From positions 218,152 to 282,151 of the forward strand of contig JAUZNX010000004.1 of NCBI GenBank assembly GCA_030706745.1: 64,000 bases of DNA, given 5' to 3'. The number at the start of each line of letters is the position of its first letter. Within the stretch, counting starts at the first letter, position 1. A program made the translations under genes and the position numbers. This DNA is from Bacteroidota bacterium (GTDB taxonomy: Bacteria; Bacteroidota; Ignavibacteria; Palsa-1295). The notes under the pieces were generated by a model. The model was not told where the DNA came from and made no database searches. It worked only from the letters and a program-made list of their open reading frames with translations. Shown piece after piece: positions 59,681-64,000 of this stretch.

Positions 59681-62600
59681 CTATCGTTCAATCGACACAC
59701 TCCGTGTTTGTGAATAGCCGTTGGAGAGGATGCGAAGATAATACAAGTCCGACGGAAGGGCACGAACATCGAACGTAAAGTGATCGCGCACAGATCTTTC
59801 GGACATTTCTTGTGGCGGAATCGCAACGCGCCCGAGGGCATCATACAACTCAGCATGAAACGTGGCGCCGGGTTCGGTACTAATCAAGCGCACGCTAATC
59901 TCATCATGTGCGGGATTGGGACGAACATCGTCGACCGTGAAGCTGCCTGAATTCAGGAAATCACGGATCATGCCATCGCTGCAGCCGGGAATATATCTGA
60001 AGATGGAACCCGTGTCCGCAAGCGAGCCGACGCAGTCGTTCGGCAGGTCGCGGCGGTTATCGAGCACGATATTCGAAAGTGTGAGCGGCGTCGTGTCTGC
60101 TCTCGCAAGATATGCTTTGAACGTCAACGTTCCGATTGTATCACTTGCCGGAAGCGAGTCGAGTACAAAGTGCAGCGTCATTTGTCCGTTGACGTTCGGT
60201 CCACTCGTACCCAGAAGTCCGGCACCGATCGCGGTGTCAAATGCGAGGAGATCATCATCATGGGTCAGATCGAACGAGAGTGAGCGAAGCGATGTGCCGC
60301 GTGCAGCAGCGCCGCCCGTGAGTACCAAGACGAATGTCACCTCTTTACCTGCGGGAGCACTTTGCTCGCTGAGTACGGCAATAGACAAGTGCTCGGGATA
60401 GATGACTTCAATCCATAAGTTGATCGTGTCGATTTGCAGAATAGAAGCTTCGCTATAAACAATCATCTTGCCGAAGATTTCCAACGGCGCGCCAGCTGTG
60501 TCGGGCGCGACATGAACGGTAATCGGTAGCGAACCAAACGGTGGAATGGAAACCGGGAAACTCGAATGGGAGGAAAAGGATGGATTCGTAAATGCGAGAC
60601 TATCGAGCCAAAGCGTGTCGCAACCGGGATTCGCAATCGTCACGATCGTATCCCGGACTTGACACGTATACACGTCATTGAATACCGCACCATCCAGCGA
60701 GGCATCCAGGTAAGACTCGCCGGGAATGATCGTTCCGGCGACCCATAGACTTGTATCATGCAAGGGAGCGCCGCTATTCCGTGCATATTGGAAGTGGATG
60801 GAGCCCGAATGGAAGCCTTTGATTCGCCCTCCAAGACGAATTGTGAGAATAGTAGAATCACCAGGCAAGAGATCGGACGAGAGTGGCGATAGAAGTGAGA
60901 AAGACGTATCGACAGATCCACCGGCAGTGCCAGAAATCGTCGCTGGTGTGAAGAATAGTGTATCACATCCCAGATTGCGGATTGTGTCGCGCAGTATCAT
61001 TTCCCCTTTGCAGAATGACACCAGACCCCCATCCAGCGCAGTGCTGGTCATTTCCAAAATGCCATAGTGCGGATAGCCGGTGGCTGCGAGTGGCAGAACG
61101 ATCTGCTTGGTTTCACCGGAGACGACCCGCAAGGTGAGTGAGCCAGCAAATGCGCCAGTATCTGGCGCGCCGAACTCGATTGGAACCGATGCTGATTGAC
61201 CAGCCTGAACGATAATCGGCAGAGGGATCGTTGGCCGCGTAAATCCACCGCCTGCGATCGAAATGCTCGTGATCGTGTCCGGCGTGCAGCCTTTGTTGAT
61301 GAACGTGGCAGAGGTGTCCTGCAATCGCGCACAGAGAATTGGGCGGTCAACGGCAAGTACCGAATCCCGCGTGACGAGAGCCACGCTGGCAAGCGCAAAC
61401 ATGCGGATCGGGACGATCTCATAAAAGAAGGCGAAGTTCGTATCCTGACCCCACGAATGAGGAAAGTAGTAGAGCGTATCCAAGACCGTGTCGATGCCGA
61501 GATAGTGGCCGAAGACTTTCACGTTCTCCGAAAAGTTGGCAACAATTCCGGCCGGGTCAAATGAGAAGAAGAGCGAATCGTGATCGCCAAGGCGAGCCGT
61601 ATCCGGAAGGGGGGAGGCAATTTTGAGACGCGCGGAAATCGAAGGTGGGATTTGCACAGAGTCGATCACGAGTGTCTGACACGAATCGATGAGAAGCCGT
61701 GCTGCCTCGGTGTCTGGTTTGCAATTGCCGGCAAGCGCCGGTGGAGGAGCGATCGTCGCTGTTGGTATCGTAATAATATGTACCGTTTGAAATTCCGGCC
61801 AGTCCGAGCACTGCCAGTGATTATCAATTCGGAGCACCGCGCTGCTCATCGTGTGATGCGGGGTATACGATAGCCAGAGCGTGTCATGTTGCCGAGTATT
61901 GAGATGGGACGACGTTCGCTGGGCGAGCGCAAAGTCTCCAAAGCTATCTCTGGCAATCGTAATTGTTGCCGATAACCCCTCAACATCACTCTCCAGCGGA
62001 ATAGGAATGAGCAGCGGCTGGCATGGCGAAACAATCCTGAGAGGAACATCGAATGTATCATGCTGATTGAGCGGAGCGCCGTTCGAATCCTCCGTGGCCA
62101 GGGCGCCATGCAAATCATCCAGCCCGCCCGTTGTTGCCATGAAGATGAATCCATCCGGGATGACGACATGCTCACCCATTGGTCCAAACACGAAGAATGG
62201 GCTTGACCCATGATTCACGGTTATGACCGATCGCCAGGTCAGGCCATCATCCGTGGAGCGGAACATTCCAGCCATCGATGTCAAGTAGGTGGTTACGCTC
62301 GCACCTGCGACCCACTCGGAGCCTGAGCCGGAGCCAGTATTCTTCAAGGTCCAGGTCTTGCCGGAATCGACCGAGCGCCACGCCGTACCCCAGGAGTTTG
62401 GACAGACATACGCTTTGCGACATCGATCGGCAAATGCGCCCGTGCTCGCGAGATCGGCCACTGGGACGCCGGTCGTGGTCCAAGTGAGTCCGCCATCACT
62501 CGATATGTAGATATTACCCGTCCCTTGCGCGATACAGTTCAGCGTGTCGAGCCGAGCGAAGACCTTCATCGGATCGGTTAGGACCCGGATATTGCCTTTA

Positions 62601-62998
62601 CCATCCGCATAGATGTCATTGGCGTTCGTAAGGCCAAGCCCGGAGAATTGCCACGTGCGGCCCGAGTCAAGCGAGAAGATGAGATCCGCATTCGTAGCGG
62701 CAAATAGCGTATCGTGGATGAGGCGGAGCGCACGTATCGAGGTTACGCCGGCAGGCGCAGAGACGAATTGCCAGCGGATTACCGGGTAACTAATGAGCGC
62801 AAATTGTCTGCCGCCAGCGAGTACCCCATGAATGGGATCGAAGAAGAAGATCGCGGTAGGCGAAAGCCCAATATTACCACCGACCATTTGCCACTGCGGC
62901 GAACTCTGCGCTCGAATACCATTTGCGTCGAAACTTGCCAGGCAACATAGCAGTGCGAATGCGCCTGAGACACGCCTAACCCATATCAGTTTTGACAT
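59681..62998 (-). CDS. T9SS cargo: BNR/Asp-box propeller, more Ig-like domains, cohesin-like domain (paralog B)
   Basis: Same blocks as paralog A (GAFADRC, GPMGEH, NHWQCSDW, YYFPH..G.DTNF); CTD. Confidence 0.8.
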   Translation of the reverse strand: MSKLIWVRRVSGAFALLCCLASFDANGIRAQSSPQWQMVGGNIGLSPTAIFFFDPIHGVLAGGRQFALISYPVIRWQFVSAPAGVTSIRALRLIHDTLFAATNADLIFSLDSGRTWQFSGLGLTNANDIYADGKGNIRVLTDPMKVFARLDTLNCIAQGTGNIYISSDGGLTWTTTGVPVADLASTGAFADRCRKAYVCPNSWGTAWRSVDSGKTWTLKNTGSGSGSEWVAGASVTTYLTSMAGMFRSTDDGLTWRSVITVNHGSSPFFVFGPMGEHVVIPDGFIFMATTGGLDDLHGALATEDSNGAPLNQHDTFDVPLRIVSPCQPLLIPIPLESDVEGLSATITIARDSFGDFALAQRTSSHLNTRQHDTLWLSYTPHHTMSSAVLRIDNHWQCSDWPEFQTVHIITIPTATIAPPPALAGNCKPDTEAARLLIDSCQTLVIDSVQIPPSISARLKIASPLPDTARLGDHDSLFFSFDPAGIVANFSENVKVFGHYLGIDTVLDTLYYFPHSWGQDTNFAFFYEIVPIRMFALASVALVTRDSVLAVDRPILCARLQDTSATFINKGCTPDTITSISIAGGGFTRPTIPLPIIVQAGQSASVPIEFGAPDTGAFAGSLTLRVVSGETKQIVLPLAATGYPHYGILEMTSTALDGGLVSFCKGEMILRDTIRNLGCDTLFFTPATISGTAGGSVDTSFSLLSPLSSDLLPGDSTILTIRLGGRIKGFHSGSIHFQYARNSGAPLHDTSLWVAGTIIPGESYLDASLDGAVFNDVYTCQVRDTIVTIANPGCDTLWLDSLAFTNPSFSSHSSFPVSIPPFGSLPITVHVAPDTAGAPLEIFGKMIVYSEASILQIDTINLWIEVIYPEHLSIAVLSEQSAPAGKEVTFVLVLTGGAAARGTSLRSLSFDLTHDDDLLAFDTAIGAGLLGTSGPNVNGQMTLHFVLDSLPASDTIGTLTFKAYLARADTTPLTLSNIVLDNRRDLPNDCVGSLADTGSIFRYIPGCSDGMIRDFLNSGSFTVDDVRPNPAHDEISVRLISTEPGATFHAELYDALGRVAIPPQEMSERSVRDHFTFDVRALPSDLYYLRILSNGYSQTRSVSIER

Positions 62999-63175
62999 TC
63001 TTCCGGTCCAATTGTAACAGAGGTCTCAATTATAGAAGACCAACGAGTCGGCAAAAGGTAACAGGTTAAGAGTCAATTTTATCGTCCAAACGGCCTATTT
63101 CCTCGAATTTGGCTTATCCAAGTACGGAGTATTGCGAAATTTAGGTACTCGAGTCTTCGTTCTCGGTCGCAATGA

Positions 63176-63210
63176 CACTCAGGACTCAGCACTTAGCACT
63201 CAGGACTTAA
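63176..63210. repeat. Tandem heptamers (C/G)ACT(C/T)AG x5
   Basis: cactcag gactcag cacttag cactcag gacttaa. Confidence 0.75.
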
Positions 63211-63214
63211 GCCC

Positions 63215-63943
63215 TTGACCCCTGTAGGCATCATCCTCGCCGGCGGCTCCGGTTCGCGACTGCACCCATGCACGGCCGTGACGAACAAGCATTTGCTGCC
63301 CATCGGCGAAATGCCGATGATCTTCTATCCGATCAAAAAGCTCGTGGCTGCGGGCATTCAGGATATTCTGATTGTGACTGGCACCGAGCACATGGGCGAT
63401 TTTCTCTCGCTGCTTGGCAGCGGTAAGAATTTCGGCTGCGCTCTCAGCTACCGCGTGCAGGATGAAGCCGGGGGCATTGCGCAGGCACTTGCACTCGCCG
63501 AGCGGTTTACGAACGCACAGCCGATGGTCGTTATGCTCGGTGATAATATCTTCGAGGACTCACTTTCGGCGATGGTCGGGGCGTTCACCGCGAACTCCGA
63601 GCATGCGCACATTTTACTCAAGGAAGTGCCGGATGCCGAGCGATTTGGTGTCGCAGAGTTAGATGGCGGGCGAATTGTTTCGATCGTCGAGAAGCCGGCG
63701 AAGCCCCGATCGAATTTTGCCGTAACTGGCATCTATTGCTATCCGCCGGACGTGTTCGATATTATCCGAGCACTCAAACCTTCCGCCCGAGGCGAGTATG
63801 AGATCACGGATGTGAACAATGTTTATCTCGGGAAGGGACGACTATCGGCTACCACACTTACTGGGTACTGGACTGATGCCGGGACATTCCCATCGCTGGC
63901 TCGGGCGAACGAACTGGTGAGGCAATCGCCACCGAAGTTTTAA
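63215..63943 (+). CDS. Sugar-phosphate nucleotidyltransferase (glucose-1-phosphate thymidylyltransferase / SpsI-like)
   Basis: LAGGSGSRL, NKHLLP, LGDN, EKP, SARGEYEITD, WTDAGT. Confidence 0.92.
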   Translation: MTPVGIILAGGSGSRLHPCTAVTNKHLLPIGEMPMIFYPIKKLVAAGIQDILIVTGTEHMGDFLSLLGSGKNFGCALSYRVQDEAGGIAQALALAERFTNAQPMVVMLGDNIFEDSLSAMVGAFTANSEHAHILLKEVPDAERFGVAELDGGRIVSIVEKPAKPRSNFAVTGIYCYPPDVFDIIRALKPSARGEYEITDVNNVYLGKGRLSATTLTGYWTDAGTFPSLARANELVRQSPPKF

Positions 63944-64000
63944 ACCTGGATTTCGCGTAATCCCCCTTAATCCGTGTAATCGTGGTTCTACTACTTACTG

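Noticed and set aside
1-64000. CRISPR array or prophage
   Set aside because: No regularly spaced repeat-spacer units, cas genes or phage genes seen

Overview
A GC-rich bacterial chromosome window. Many type A T9SS C-terminal sorting domains, a fused 2-oxoacid dehydrogenase E1 alpha-beta and TAnnTTTG promoter elements point to the Bacteroidota/Chlorobi group, possibly Ca. Kapabacteria-like (inference). Housekeeping genes (rpsA, miaA, pcm, adk, rarA, citrate synthase, DHS-like, tRNA-Arg(TCG)) are mixed with about ten T9SS cargo genes, a type III restriction-modification locus whose mod gene is frameshifted, and a REP-flanked Y1 transposase broken by a 13-bp tandem duplication. The most notable signal is a tandem array of paralogous secreted Ig-like proteins (39.9-49.2 kb) around a TPR-LuxR regulator. 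Three of these genes carry the same upstream cassette with exactly conserved spacing: paired NarL-type heptamers plus an ECF-like GTAAC-N17-GTTAT promoter. Other oddities are a multicopper oxidase with both Tat and T9SS signals, an M61 peptidase lacking HExxH, a synonymously diverged duplicate of a gene 3' end, a candidate rod-shaped ncRNA, and 7-mer repeats that have entered coding sequences. All family calls come from motif recognition by eye; no searches were run.
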